64,000 nt of DNA from a virus. Positions 10,048-21,126 of the stretch are shown here, piece after piece (position 1 is the first letter of the stretch; each line of letters starts with the position of its first letter). The translations under genes and the position numbers were made by a program. The notes beneath the pieces were generated by a model, which saw only the letters and a program-made list of their open reading frames with translations, ran no database searches and was not told the origin of the DNA. Where the stretch lies: IMG/VR virus record IMGVR_UViG_2822706143_000001; one strand, written 5' to 3'.

Positions 10048-12561
10048 TTATCTTGTTTTCTTCCAGTTTGAATTTGTCCACCAAGATTGGCGGCTATGTC
10101 GCAGCCATAACTTAGGATCATCATTTTCTTTTTCAATAACTATTAATTCATCTGGTTTTTCTGTATCTAGTACTCTCTCCATTTTGAATCGTTCATTATC
10201 CTCTAGAACTGATTCTCGTTCTGGTGTACGTTCAAATCGTTCATATTCCTCTGTAACGATTTCTAATTCACGTTTCCTATCAAGTGTATCTACTTCATTA
10301 GTCGCAGCGTCTACAATAGCCTGTCGCTCTAATAATTCTTGTTTACTAACGATTGCATATCGTTCAGATTCCCTTGCTGCATCTACAGTTTCAATTACAT
10401 TTGTATCTCTCGTTATAACTTCTTTATCGGCTGGTGTTATATCAGAGATAATTCCGCTTTCAAATTCACGTATACCGGTAAAGGCTTCTTGCTCTGTAAT
10501 AAGAGCTTGTTGTGTATCCTGTTTATAAGAAATATCTAATGATATATGTTCAGTATCTAAGATAACTGGAACGATGTCAGAAGCCACTTCTTCAATTACT
10601 GCAGTTGTATGTTCTTTTATTGCTTTTTCAGATTCAATTGTTTGATCTAGTTTCATCTGCATCACATTTAATGATTTAGATGAATTATTAAATAAGGTAA
10701 TACGTGTTTCTAGTTCTTTTTGAACACGGCCGAACAAATCGAATTCTGGAAGATATACAGGAATACCAAGGCCCTCAAATAAATCAAACTCTTCTATGTT
10801 AGCTTGAAATTCTTTTTCTGTTTTATTGGCAACTTCATCAGTATTTACATCGGTAATAAGCACGCGTTCTTTTAATCCGAATGAAGAAGTTGCATCTACA
10901 TGTGTAAGTACTGCAGTATCTTCTTTATCTGCTTGATCCAGTTCAACTACAGTTGCTTGCAACTCATTTTTCACTTCTGCAAAAGTAACGTCTGGCGATA
11001 CGCTTTGTAATTCTTTTAAGATACGATGAGAATAATCTGCAGTAGTAATACCGGCATTTATTTCATGTAATCTCTCTGCTTCTTCTGCGACAATTGTCTG
11101 TATCTCGAATATGTTTTGCGATTTATTCGCATCGTCAGTTTCGGAAACATCTTTAACAGATAATACCCGTGAAGTATTTTCAACTTCTTGTCCTACCTCT
11201 ACATCTGCAGTAAATACATTTTCTTTATTTGCGAATTCTTGTTGATCGGCATAAACAGAATTAAGTGTTTCTGCGATACGTTCAAATTCGTGTGTTGTAT
11301 CTACATTCGCATACTGTTCTTTTGTTCTTGTAAATGATGTAGATTCATTTCTTTCAGAATCAAATACATTTATTTTCTTGCTTACTTCATTACTTGCAAT
11401 AACATCTGCAGCAAGTTCCTTTGCTCGAATAGTTTGATCCAGCTTAATTTGCTCTACATCTATTTCATGAATTAAATACGCGCTTTCAATATCTTCATAA
11501 GGAAGCAGGTCCACATTTTCAATTTCTTCTACACGATTCAACTCATATTGTTTAGCGATAGACGTTTCAATGTCTCTTTGCATACGAGCAAATAAATCAT
11601 AATCCGGAAGATAAACCGGTATACCCATACCATTGAACAAATCAAATTCTTCTATGATTCCTTTGACTTCTCGCTCTTTTGTACCAAATTCGAATTGTGC
11701 CGGAGCATGAAGAAGCATTTCTTTTTGCTGTATATCACCAGTTTCATTTTCGGCAATGGATACAGGTAATATATTTGGCACTGCAGTAGATAAAGTAACC
11801 TCTGCATGTGTAGCTTTTAGCTCCCTGGTAACAATTTCGCTCGTTTCATTATGCATTGATACAGCTTCATAATCCGTTGTAACTCTATCAGCCATAAGAT
11901 CATTATAGAAACCTTCACCATATACAATACGTGCAACATTTACCCATTCCGGTAATACTTCTACACCTGCAGCGAATTCACGTAACTTACCTTGTAGTAA
12001 ATCCTGCTGTATGATCGGTGCAGCTTCATATTTATTCGTTATAAGATCTGTTTCATCAGAAGCGTGTACCATTGCCTCTATCTCGTTTGGTTTTTCGCTC
12101 TCAACCCCTTCGATATGGTTTATATCGAAAATTCGTCTATGTTGTTGCGATGCTTCTGCAGAAATTAGTTGAACAGAAATACTGTCCATTCGTTGCGAAT
12201 GCTGCATTTCAATGTTGGCCACATTTATATTTCGATTTAAATCAATATCAGTTGTATTTGAAATGTAGGCTTCTACCTCTATTTGTCGCAATGCATTCTC
12301 TACAACATCTGTTAAAATCCCTTTTGCTCTTACTTTAGTGGCAGTTACTCCTGCGTTATCTTCTTTAACAGCCTTATATCTCGCATAAGGAGCAATGCAA
12401 ACTGGATAATCAACATCATTTTTGTTTTCTGTATTCGCTGGTGTAATAGAGAAAGAATAAACTTTTTCATTCTGATTAGGTCCAGAACCAACTACAACAA
12501 CATGACTTTTTTCTTTGGTACATATAGAAGGGGAAGCAATAGAATAAACTTTTTCACTCAT
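10048..12561 (-). CDS. Large acidic tail-region protein with internal repeat
   Basis: Internal duplication IEEFDLFNGMGIPVYLPDYDLFARMQ / IEEFDLFEGLGIPVYLPEFDLFGRVQ. Confidence 0.6.
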   Translation of the reverse strand: MSEKVYSIASPSICTKEKSHVVVVGSGPNQNEKVYSFSITPANTENKNDVDYPVCIAPYARYKAVKEDNAGVTATKVRAKGILTDVVENALRQIEVEAYISNTTDIDLNRNINVANIEMQHSQRMDSISVQLISAEASQQHRRIFDINHIEGVESEKPNEIEAMVHASDETDLITNKYEAAPIIQQDLLQGKLREFAAGVEVLPEWVNVARIVYGEGFYNDLMADRVTTDYEAVSMHNETSEIVTRELKATHAEVTLSTAVPNILPVSIAENETGDIQQKEMLLHAPAQFEFGTKEREVKGIIEEFDLFNGMGIPVYLPDYDLFARMQRDIETSIAKQYELNRVEEIENVDLLPYEDIESAYLIHEIDVEQIKLDQTIRAKELAADVIASNEVSKKINVFDSERNESTSFTRTKEQYANVDTTHEFERIAETLNSVYADQQEFANKENVFTADVEVGQEVENTSRVLSVKDVSETDDANKSQNIFEIQTIVAEEAERLHEINAGITTADYSHRILKELQSVSPDVTFAEVKNELQATVVELDQADKEDTAVLTHVDATSSFGLKERVLITDVNTDEVANKTEKEFQANIEEFDLFEGLGIPVYLPEFDLFGRVQKELETRITLFNNSSKSLNVMQMKLDQTIESEKAIKEHTTAVIEEVASDIVPVILDTEHISLDISYKQDTQQALITEQEAFTGIREFESGIISDITPADKEVITRDTNVIETVDAARESERYAIVSKQELLERQAIVDAATNEVDTLDRKRELEIVTEEYERFERTPERESVLEDNERFKMERVLDTEKPDELIVIEKENDDPKLWLRHSRQSWWTNSNWKKTR

Positions 12562-12581
12562 TCTTCTGCTACCCCTTATGC

Positions 12582-14318
12582 TTAAATATCTTCTTTGTAG
12601 ATTGCTAAACCAATTGGATTAAATGGTGTTGCTTTCGCTTGTGTCATAGGACAAACGGGCGTTGTCGGTAATGTGTAACGATATAATTGAGCCATTTCAT
12701 AAGCGCCTGTGATTTCAGAACCAATAACCGGTGCTTCGTTAAATGTAACGGTCTTATCTTCTGCATTGTATACATAATCTGTTTTTTCTACTTCTTTACA
12801 TGAAATGAATAATCTTAACGTTTCGCCCTTTGGCTTATGTTCTAAATGAAATACTTTACGGTGTCCGTCACCTTGTCCAAGTACTTCATCTACAACTGTT
12901 TTTTCAATTTCTAGCTCATCGGCTTGTTGGATGTTCTTCGGATGTACTGCATATACATCATCCAGCTTTCCAACATAGCCATCATTTGGATGCACAATAT
13001 AAATTTGAGATAAATGATATTTACCACTATAAACCGATGGATTAAAGCGTCCTTGTCCACTATCTACTGACATATCATGAGTAATGAAAGCTAAATAATG
13101 ATGCTGGTACATGGCTCCTGTACTTGATTGTGATAATTGAACCGTTTCGTTTCCGTTTGATGTATCAGAACCGTAATCAAGTGGCGCATTACCAATTTTC
13201 TTATTTGGTGAATATACAAATTGGTCGCCTGGTCTGCAGCCGCTTAAAATAATCATGTTTTTTCTTGGTGCAACATCGAATGTATATAATTTTCCGATAT
13301 ACAACGGAACAAATAATGCACGAACTGGATTTGGTGTTGGATCTACACGCATAAACATAATTAAGCGGTCCTTGTTTGCGTTCCCATACAGATAAATAAC
13401 AGAGTCGCGATTTAATTCTTTAGAGAAACGCTGCTCCGGTGTAAAACTAATTGATGTATAAGGGGATGGGTTCACAAAATTAATCGTAGAATATACTTCG
13501 CCCATAATACTTTCCATCTTTTGTACATCGAAACTTGTTTTTGCCGTTAATGTATCCAGTGTTCCGTCTTCTTTTGGTAATAAGAAATAAATACCGCTAA
13601 TCTTAATTGTTGTATCTGCTGCAGGTGCGGTATTAAATACAATTTCCGTTTCAGTGAACGAATACTCGCTAGGATCAACAATAGTATTATCCTTGTAAAC
13701 TACGGTCCTACTTTCGTCAAAGTTAGGGAATGGCAATGCGAAGTTCTTTTTCGTTCCATTTCCTTTTCCTAATTCACCTAATTTATCACCGGAAAGGATC
13801 TCTTTTTCAATAAAGTATCGATTGAAAGTAAATAGCAGCATGTCATTATTCGGTTCATATGTGTTGGTAGCTAATCTATATTCGCATGTTACTTTATCGC
13901 CTTTTGCAATAGCGGTAGTAAATGTTACTTTTCCTGTAGTTGCATCCACCTTATATTTACTCTTTTCTTGCTCAAACCCATTTACATATACAATGACAGA
14001 AGGGCCAAGAACAGGAGAAACAGGGATAGAGAAGTCTTTCTTTACTCCATCCCCCATCCCTAATTTACCTAGTGGAGAATCTGCAGAAATAAACCGGCTA
14101 TCAGTGAAATCAGAATCCGCAGTATCATACGCATTTGCTATGCCGAATCTTCTGCGTTCTCCATCACTTCCTAATGATTCAAACAACCTTACATCAATAA
14201 ATTTTGAAATGCCGCTCTTAATTTGGAAAAATAGCGTTCGTTTCCAACCGTTATCAGCAAATAGTTTTTCTAATTCTTGCGGTAATGTTTGTAAATATAC
14301 GACTTTATCAAACCACAT
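12582..14318 (-). CDS. Tail/baseplate structural protein with three Ig-like repeats
   Basis: Three G.G.G..K.F.L...P....Y..D.....F..AP..G units; FNPSVYSGKYHLS motif shared with the neighbouring gene. Confidence 0.65.
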   Translation of the reverse strand: MWFDKVVYLQTLPQELEKLFADNGWKRTLFFQIKSGISKFIDVRLFESLGSDGERRRFGIANAYDTADSDFTDSRFISADSPLGKLGMGDGVKKDFSIPVSPVLGPSVIVYVNGFEQEKSKYKVDATTGKVTFTTAIAKGDKVTCEYRLATNTYEPNNDMLLFTFNRYFIEKEILSGDKLGELGKGNGTKKNFALPFPNFDESRTVVYKDNTIVDPSEYSFTETEIVFNTAPAADTTIKISGIYFLLPKEDGTLDTLTAKTSFDVQKMESIMGEVYSTINFVNPSPYTSISFTPEQRFSKELNRDSVIYLYGNANKDRLIMFMRVDPTPNPVRALFVPLYIGKLYTFDVAPRKNMIILSGCRPGDQFVYSPNKKIGNAPLDYGSDTSNGNETVQLSQSSTGAMYQHHYLAFITHDMSVDSGQGRFNPSVYSGKYHLSQIYIVHPNDGYVGKLDDVYAVHPKNIQQADELEIEKTVVDEVLGQGDGHRKVFHLEHKPKGETLRLFISCKEVEKTDYVYNAEDKTVTFNEAPVIGSEITGAYEMAQLYRYTLPTTPVCPMTQAKATPFNPIGLAIYKEDI

Positions 14319-14332
14319 ATATGTACACTCCT

Positions 14333-15685
14333 TTATACTGTTTTCTCAAAAATACCTAATCCAGCAGGACGGTAGGCCGTAGCAGGTCTTTTTGTAATTG
14401 GTGAAATAGCATCTACATTAAAGAATTTGTAAATTTCGTGTGAATCCGGACAAGTATTCTTTCTAACTTTTAATCTATCGCCATTTAATAGACCTAGCGG
14501 AGACAATAGGATCATATAAGGTAAATATCCACGTACACCTTCATCTGGATGAACAATATAAGCGCGTGAAGTATGTACTTTATTACTGTAAACAGACGGG
14601 TTAAATTGATATTTGTATTCGTCATTATCTTGTGATTGCCATGCTAGTGAATATTGACCGCCATCTTTACCAACGCGATCTGGTGGCATTGCATTAGGCG
14701 CTACATTCCATGCAATAAAATGAGCCTGGTACCTTGCTCCTAATCTTGAACGTTTAATAATCACGTTATCAATACCATTACCAGGGGAACGTGGATAAGA
14801 CTTCATGACAGGCATGTAGTTTTCTACATTTCTATATGGTTTCGTATCGTTAAAATCGAATTTATGTGATGCTTCTTCATTACCTGTATCAAAGGCTGTT
14901 CCTGCCCATAATGCATCACCTAATGTATCATCATTAGCGTAACTTTCTAATTGGCCCATATAAAGCGGTGTAACTGGAACTACGTTGTTTTCAAAGGCTG
15001 GTGTATTATCAGCTTGTATTAATAAAACAACACGGCTTTCATCAACTTGGCCATTAATCCGGACCAATGAATCCGGCCACCAATTTGTTTGAGCGTTGAT
15101 ACCTTGTAAATTCGTATTTCGTAATGTTACCTTTACCCAAGGGGACATCATGACTTGTGTCTCCGCTTCATCGTAAGAGTAAATTTTGTAAGTACTACCG
15201 CCACCACCTGGACTTGCTTTTGTAGTAACTGTTATCTTAGTTAATTCCACATCTAATAATATTTTTTCAAATTTATTAGATTCATAAGGAAGAACAAGTA
15301 TACCTTCATCAACAACGCTTGGTTCTTTTTCAATCATATAAACATAAAAACAAGAACGATCCCTGCCACTTTCTAGACGTTTTTTACCGTCTTCGGCAAA
15401 AGCTTTCTTTCCTTCTTCATTTGTGAAGTTGTATTTAATCTCTGACTTTTTAAGTGACCATTTTGAAATTTGAGCAATCCCATAAATAGAACCGCTATTG
15501 TTCTTCACTAACATGTGCTTACTCATGCCGAATTCAAATTTTGTATCATCGTCAGATTTCTGTTCCATATCTGGATAAACAGCTCTGAAAAATGATTTTA
15601 CTTTCTTCCATCCGTTAGCGATTACCAATTTAACAATTTCGTCTTGGAATTCGCCTTCTGTATACATTTTTTCAACGTATGCCAT
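14333..15685 (-). CDS. Tail/baseplate structural protein (paralog of 12582-14318)
   Basis: Shares FNPSVYS.K.H.S..YIVHP..G..G.L with the neighbour. Confidence 0.65.
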   Translation of the reverse strand: MAYVEKMYTEGEFQDEIVKLVIANGWKKVKSFFRAVYPDMEQKSDDDTKFEFGMSKHMLVKNNSGSIYGIAQISKWSLKKSEIKYNFTNEEGKKAFAEDGKKRLESGRDRSCFYVYMIEKEPSVVDEGILVLPYESNKFEKILLDVELTKITVTTKASPGGGGSTYKIYSYDEAETQVMMSPWVKVTLRNTNLQGINAQTNWWPDSLVRINGQVDESRVVLLIQADNTPAFENNVVPVTPLYMGQLESYANDDTLGDALWAGTAFDTGNEEASHKFDFNDTKPYRNVENYMPVMKSYPRSPGNGIDNVIIKRSRLGARYQAHFIAWNVAPNAMPPDRVGKDGGQYSLAWQSQDNDEYKYQFNPSVYSNKVHTSRAYIVHPDEGVRGYLPYMILLSPLGLLNGDRLKVRKNTCPDSHEIYKFFNVDAISPITKRPATAYRPAGLGIFEKTV

Positions 15686-15698
15686 CTATTACACGCTC

Positions 15699-16079
15699 CT
15701 AATCTCTTAATAGTTGGTAATTAAGCCATATAGCCTTTTTCTCTGCGGATGCATTGTGGTATTCGAACTTTAGCTCTGCATTAGCAGGTATAGGTTTTAC
15801 AATGGAGAAATTAAATCCCTCCGGCACATCTTTTACATACACCTCTTTAAATACTTGTTGGCCATTAATAAATAAATTCCAGTAGTCCGAGTCACTGTAA
15901 TGTGAAGCAGCAACAGAAAAAGCAATCATTTCTGTTTCGAATGGTAATGAAAACGTATCTACATGAATTTCATCATGAATACCAACTCTTCGCCCTTGTA
16001 TGAATGGCTCTGTTTTTGTTGGGAAGTAAGGTGCGTCGAATCTTCCACCAGCCATATAGGTAACAGCAAAACTCATCAA
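15699..16079 (-). CDS. Small tail protein (paralog pair, copy 1)
   Basis: TYMAGGRFDAPYFPTKTEPFI vs TYLAGGRLDPPFHPTKTEPFI in 16089-16469. Confidence 0.65.
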   Translation of the reverse strand: MMSFAVTYMAGGRFDAPYFPTKTEPFIQGRRVGIHDEIHVDTFSLPFETEMIAFSVAASHYSDSDYWNLFINGQQVFKEVYVKDVPEGFNFSIVKPIPANAELKFEYHNASAEKKAIWLNYQLLRD

Positions 16080-16088
16080 TACGCCCCC

Positions 16089-16469
16089 TTATCTTAAAAA
16101 GTGCAATTCAAACCAAACTGTTTTATCAAGAATCCCTTGGTTATGGAATCGAAATACAATTGTGTCTCCTGCTTTAACTGCTTTATAAACCATAAAGTGC
16201 ATCCCTTCCGGAAGCCGCTTTGTATAAATATCTTGGCAAACGGTTTGCCCGTTTACGATTAAATCCCATTTATCATCTAATTCGTAAATGGAAGAACTAA
16301 CACTAATTGCGTAAATCTCCATATCTGCAGGTAATGTATATTTCACTTCATCCGTTTTAAATGATGTGGAATCCATAATGAAACCAGGTATGAATGGTTC
16401 TGTTTTAGTCGGATGAAAAGGTGGATCTAATCGGCCACCGGCTAAATAGGTTGTTTCAAACAAGAGCAA
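16089..16469 (-). CDS. Small tail protein (paralog pair, copy 2)
   Basis: Same length (126 aa) and motifs as 15699-16079. Confidence 0.65.
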   Translation of the reverse strand: MLLFETTYLAGGRLDPPFHPTKTEPFIPGFIMDSTSFKTDEVKYTLPADMEIYAISVSSSIYELDDKWDLIVNGQTVCQDIYTKRLPEGMHFMVYKAVKAGDTIVFRFHNQGILDKTVWFELHFLR

Positions 16470-16507
16470 TCACCCTTTTTCGTGTATTAAAAAATTCCCG
16501 TGCATCA

Positions 16508-16891
16508 TTACGACACATCGGGAATTGGTAAATCAGATAGAATACCGTTACCTTTATTAAGAAGTCGCGGCTGCACACGTTCCAATTGTTTTTGTGCATT
16601 ATATATTAATTGTATCTCCATCTCTTTTCCGGTTACTTTATGGGAGATAAGAACTTTTTCTAACATACCTTGTGCGTTAAAAGCTAAATCGTAGTGTAAA
16701 TATTTATCTCCATCAACTGCAGACAAACGAGCGCCATCACGAATGAGGGTGTAACCTTCTGTCATACCTTCTTTAAATACATCGTTTGGGTCATTACCAG
16801 GCATTGGTTTACCACCGGTATATATTTGCCTGTCAATTAATCCTTTCATCAAATACATGATTGGATCATATAAGTTTTTTTGCATTATCAT
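16508..16891 (-). CDS. Phage tail-region hypothetical protein
   Basis: Operon packing in the tail module. Confidence 0.55.
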   Translation of the reverse strand: MIMQKNLYDPIMYLMKGLIDRQIYTGGKPMPGNDPNDVFKEGMTEGYTLIRDGARLSAVDGDKYLHYDLAFNAQGMLEKVLISHKVTGKEMEIQLIYNAQKQLERVQPRLLNKGNGILSDLPIPDVS

Positions 16892-16901
16892 AGAATCACC
16901 C

Positions 16902-18446
16902 CTAGTTCACGCGCGTAACAGACCATGTTTTGGCTGGACGCTGGATATAATAGTGATTTGCATCTTGATTTACCCGAGGAAATGATAAATCTGGTAAAGA
17001 ACCATAATCAAATAAGATATTATTCTGCGTATCCAGTACTTGCAAACGTCCTGTAAGAATCCCTTTTGGGTTTCGTACTGCTTCAAATACGATAATATTC
17101 ACGCCGTATTCAAGTGGAATATCAACATACGTCGGATTGTTCCGGATGAAATAATTTTCTTCGATTAATTTATCATTACAGTAAATATTTAATAAATCGC
17201 CATCCTCTAAATCCCAATCCCAAAGTTTTAAACGTAATGTATCTACATTTACTGTAATACCGGTTATATCTGTATAAGGAGCAGGTTCATACCCATAGTT
17301 AACAGTTAAATCTAAAGTTTGATAGAATCCATCGTCTGCAGAAATCATTGTATTAATCCCTTTAACAAAGTAATTCCACTGTTGACCAGAATCTCTATTG
17401 TAAACAGAAATAACATCAAATAATTGAATCCTTGGATCACCAACTACTGCTACTGTTAATGTTCTGAACTTCTGAATTGCTTTTAAATGATAAGCTGCAG
17501 CAACCGCTCTTCTTGCAAAGAACGTTGTCGCCCAGGGAACTTCTATCATTTCCTCTCGTAAATCACCCTGCGATACATTTTTTAATAGAAACGAATTAAG
17601 AAATCCGTTTGCGTAATCTCCGCATTTAACAACAATACTGTTACTTATATCCTGGTCAGTTAGCTGCATATCTAAAGAGATAAGATTTTCCCCTTCTCTA
17701 AAACTAAACTTTGCAGGTTCATTAATTGCATAATCTGGCATTTTCATAAATGTACAACTTCCGTCTGGTTCGTGTTTAATGTAGTGGAATGTTGTATCTA
17801 TAATATCGCGAACAATTTCATCCCATTTTTGAAATCTTTTACCGGTTGCTCCTTCAACAATCCAACTTTGATTGGTTCCAGGAATATTTACTCTGTTACC
17901 ATGAAGGACAACTCCAGCTTTTTGGAAGAAGAACTTCACAACATCATAAACATTACCGGTAGGTGCAACAATTTCATCTGATCCAGGTGTTGGGATTACT
18001 GATTTATGTAAAACCTTCTTATAGGATGTAGTGCAGGTAACTGAAATCGTGCCACTTTCGGCATTTACCTTTACATCAGATACAAAACCATGTATATACG
18101 GCAAAGCTTCTTCACCGTAGCCAATAGACACTTTAAATTCAGTCTGCGGATATAGCTGGTTTGTATTTGTTACCTCGCTGTTATAAAACCATTCCGAAAT
18201 AGAAGAGAACTTACCATACCAGTTATCAGGAGCCATTTGACCGTATTCATTCGCAAAGGTAATAGTAAATGTACTAGCAAACTGATCTGCGTTCTCCTGC
18301 ACTTCTAAGCCTATTACACGGTGTTGTATTTGTACGTAAGAAGAAGAGTCTCTTCTTTTCATATAAACAATTAAATTAGGGGAGTTATTCCCCACTTGGA
18401 AATAGCTCCCCAACATTCTAATTAAAGAAATAGATCCTTCTCTCAC
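16902..18446 (-). CDS. Baseplate hub / tail-tip (Tal-like) protein
   Basis: Position after Dit; FTITFAN, FxGFVSDV, GENLISLD and GDPRIQLFDVISV hub-type motifs. Confidence 0.7.
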   Translation of the reverse strand: MREGSISLIRMLGSYFQVGNNSPNLIVYMKRRDSSSYVQIQHRVIGLEVQENADQFASTFTITFANEYGQMAPDNWYGKFSSISEWFYNSEVTNTNQLYPQTEFKVSIGYGEEALPYIHGFVSDVKVNAESGTISVTCTTSYKKVLHKSVIPTPGSDEIVAPTGNVYDVVKFFFQKAGVVLHGNRVNIPGTNQSWIVEGATGKRFQKWDEIVRDIIDTTFHYIKHEPDGSCTFMKMPDYAINEPAKFSFREGENLISLDMQLTDQDISNSIVVKCGDYANGFLNSFLLKNVSQGDLREEMIEVPWATTFFARRAVAAAYHLKAIQKFRTLTVAVVGDPRIQLFDVISVYNRDSGQQWNYFVKGINTMISADDGFYQTLDLTVNYGYEPAPYTDITGITVNVDTLRLKLWDWDLEDGDLLNIYCNDKLIEENYFIRNNPTYVDIPLEYGVNIIVFEAVRNPKGILTGRLQVLDTQNNILFDYGSLPDLSFPRVNQDANHYYIQRPAKTWSVTRVN

Positions 18447-19126
18447 ATCCCATCAACTCCTACTCCTGCTTGTGACATAGATATTAATTTACATTTTGCT
18501 ATGACTAGCGTTCCTTTTCGTATTGCATCTACTTCATTCGGCGGGATAATACCCCCATAGGTACCATAATCACCCGTAATAATATGAGGGCGATATATTT
18601 CCCTCATGAAATCACGCCAATGACTGATATCATTGAATAGAGCCGTGAATTCAACTTCACAGCCTTTATTCCCCGCACTCTGGTAACGAGGATATCCGTG
18701 CATGACATTATAAGTTTTTAAGCCGTCTAGTGATTTCGGTAATTTTGTTTGTTCAATCTTTTCGATATTAGGTACATGCCCAAAAGCATAGTAATGTATG
18801 TCGCGTATATATGCTACATCAGAAGATCCATAACCGATTGTTGTAAATTCAATCGTTTGTGGACCTGCACCTACAAAGATTTCTCTCGCTTCCCAATCAT
18901 AAGGACCTCGTGCTCTGAATCTCTCAATCCCATTAACCCGAACAACAAAGTATTTATTCGGCAGCATTCCATCAGAACCAATAGGAACCTGGGACAAAAA
19001 CGAAAAGTTATATGTCCCTGGCCATGAGAAATCAATGGTATATCTTATTGTGTCTTTTAACTCTGCAGCCTTTCCTAAGAGATGGTATGAACCAGCTCTT
19101 CTATGCAATGTTTTTAATATACTCAT
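18443..19126 (-). CDS. Distal tail protein-like
   Basis: Directly follows the tape-measure gene with a 4-bp overlap. Confidence 0.6.
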   Translation of the reverse strand: MSILKTLHRRAGSYHLLGKAAELKDTIRYTIDFSWPGTYNFSFLSQVPIGSDGMLPNKYFVVRVNGIERFRARGPYDWEAREIFVGAGPQTIEFTTIGYGSSDVAYIRDIHYYAFGHVPNIEKIEQTKLPKSLDGLKTYNVMHGYPRYQSAGNKGCEVEFTALFNDISHWRDFMREIYRPHIITGDYGTYGGIIPPNEVDAIRKGTLVIAKCKLISMSQAGVGVDGM

Positions 19127-21126
19127 ACATTTCGCACCGCCATTCCCATTAGATCATCAGCAACTACGTTTTGTAGCAGCTTTCTCATTTTTACAAAGTC
19201 GTCTGCAGATTGTAGTTTTTCAACAGCGACTTTAAATGTAGCATTTTGAATTGTTACGCCATTATCCGTTTTCTTCTCAACGTGGGTTTGTCCAGCAAAT
19301 GGATGTGCAGTTTTACCAATTAAATCAGCAGAACGTGCGCCCATTTGTCCAATTTGATTAGATACATCGGTCACTAGTTTCATTGGTTTAGGTGGAACGA
19401 CAGCTTTATTTAATAGTTCAGAAGCTTTGTCTACTGCAGGAATCATTTTTTCCATCCCTACACCAAGACCTTCTGTAATATAGCCCCCGTATTCCATCAT
19501 TAACCGGGATGGGCTTCGGATACCAAAGAACTTCAATACGGCTTTAGGTATTCCCGAAACAACGCCTTTAGCTTTTTTTACAAGCCAATCTGCCATGCCG
19601 GACATACCTTCACCGATACCTGCGATAATATCTTTTCCCCAACTAATTGCATCTTTTGCTACGTTTTTTACTATAGAACCAACCTTACTAAATACATCTT
19701 TAACAGTATCTACAACCCCTGTAAATGCACCAGTGATTGCTTTTTTTATAGTTTTAAAGCTACTAACAATAAATTCTTTTATACCGCCAACAACATCGGT
19801 TATTGTGTTATATAATTTGTTGAAATTAGTAATTACAAACCCAACAAATTCACGTACTGCACTAATGATTATGAACTTTATAAAATTCCAAGCTGATTGA
19901 ATCACATTTTTAATTGTGTTCATAACGCTAGAAATTGTATCTTTAATAGATTCCCAAGAAGATTTCACAAAATCTTTTAAGAATTTTAATACTGTAGTAA
20001 AGGTTGATTTAATTGCGTCCCAGGCTTTTTTTACAATATCCTTAATCGTATTAAAAACACTGGAAATTGTATTTTTCATTTTTTCGAATTCGGTTTTTAC
20101 GTACTGCTTTATTAAAGCTAAAGCTATAGAGAAAATTCTTTTAATAATATTCCATCCAGTGTTAAATATATTTTTCCAAGTGTTAACAGCTTTTTGGACA
20201 CTATTCTTAATGAACTTCCATGTACCATCTACAATTTTTTTTAATCCATCTAAGGCAAATTTGAAAATGAATTTTATAGCATTCCAACCGAATTCAATTA
20301 TATTTTTCATTAAGCTAAAATAAAATTTAACTACTTTTACATAACCATCCCAAGCTTTAGAAAATATTTTACCTATGAATGACATTGCAGAACTGAATAA
20401 TTTTTTCGTACCTTCCCAGAATCCAGAGAAGAACTTACCTAAACCATTCCAAGCGGATTTCGCACCTTTTACGGTTGCGTCCCAAGCCTTAGAACAGGCA
20501 TCACCAACCCATTTAACAGCTTGTTTGGTATATTTAACAATGTCATCCCAGTTTTTATAAATCAGATATACTAATCCTACAATTGCTAGTATGGCAATCG
20601 TCCAAGGATTCATCAGTAAAGTCATCATGGATCTGCCCAACAGTGCTAGGGCCTTTCCTATTCCACCAAACATACCAATAAGTTTAGGGCCAACCTTTAG
20701 TATCCCTGTAAATAGCATTGGTACTTTTGTTAATACTGGTACAAGGAATCTAAACGAGCCAACAAATGCACCTACTCCACTTGTCATAAAGCCCATCATG
20801 GCAATTAACGGTCCTAATACAGCAACCATACCTAAAATTGCTACAATACCAATTTGAATGGGCTTAGGAATTGAACTAAATGCCTTTGCAGCAACTTCTA
20901 CTGCTTTAATGATTGGAGGGAGTGCCACTTCTGCAATATCTAGAATAGCTTGTCCTAACGGTTCTAATGATGCCATTGTGGTACGAGCAAGTTTCTGCCA
21001 ACGAACACCAAAAGCTTCTTGCTGCGTTTTCTGCATTTTTTTCATGCTGCCATCAACGTTTTGTAATGCACCATCGGCGTTATTTAGTCCTAATACAGCT
21101 TCTGCACCCATGTCTTCCCATTTTGT
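19123..21126 (-). CDS. Tail tape measure protein, exon 2
   Basis: Trp/Phe-periodic TMP repeats and FFGIRSPSRLM motif. Joined to exon 1 by intron splicing to give ...AVFG|TKWEDMG..., 978 aa in total. Confidence 0.9.
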   Translation of the reverse strand, partial: TKWEDMGAEAVLGLNNADGALQNVDGSMKKMQKTQQEAFGVRWQKLARTTMASLEPLGQAILDIAEVALPPIIKAVEVAAKAFSSIPKPIQIGIVAILGMVAVLGPLIAMMGFMTSGVGAFVGSFRFLVPVLTKVPMLFTGILKVGPKLIGMFGGIGKALALLGRSMMTLLMNPWTIAILAIVGLVYLIYKNWDDIVKYTKQAVKWVGDACSKAWDATVKGAKSAWNGLGKFFSGFWEGTKKLFSSAMSFIGKIFSKAWDGYVKVVKFYFSLMKNIIEFGWNAIKFIFKFALDGLKKIVDGTWKFIKNSVQKAVNTWKNIFNTGWNIIKRIFSIALALIKQYVKTEFEKMKNTISSVFNTIKDIVKKAWDAIKSTFTTVLKFLKDFVKSSWESIKDTISSVMNTIKNVIQSAWNFIKFIIISAVREFVGFVITNFNKLYNTITDVVGGIKEFIVSSFKTIKKAITGAFTGVVDTVKDVFSKVGSIVKNVAKDAISWGKDIIAGIGEGMSGMADWLVKKAKGVVSGIPKAVLKFFGIRSPSRLMMEYGGYITEGLGVGMEKMIPAVDKASELLNKAVVPPKPMKLVTDVSNQIGQMGARSADLIGKTAHPFAGQTHVEKKTDNGVTIQNATFKVAVEKLQSADDFVKMRKLLQNVVADDLMGMAVRNV

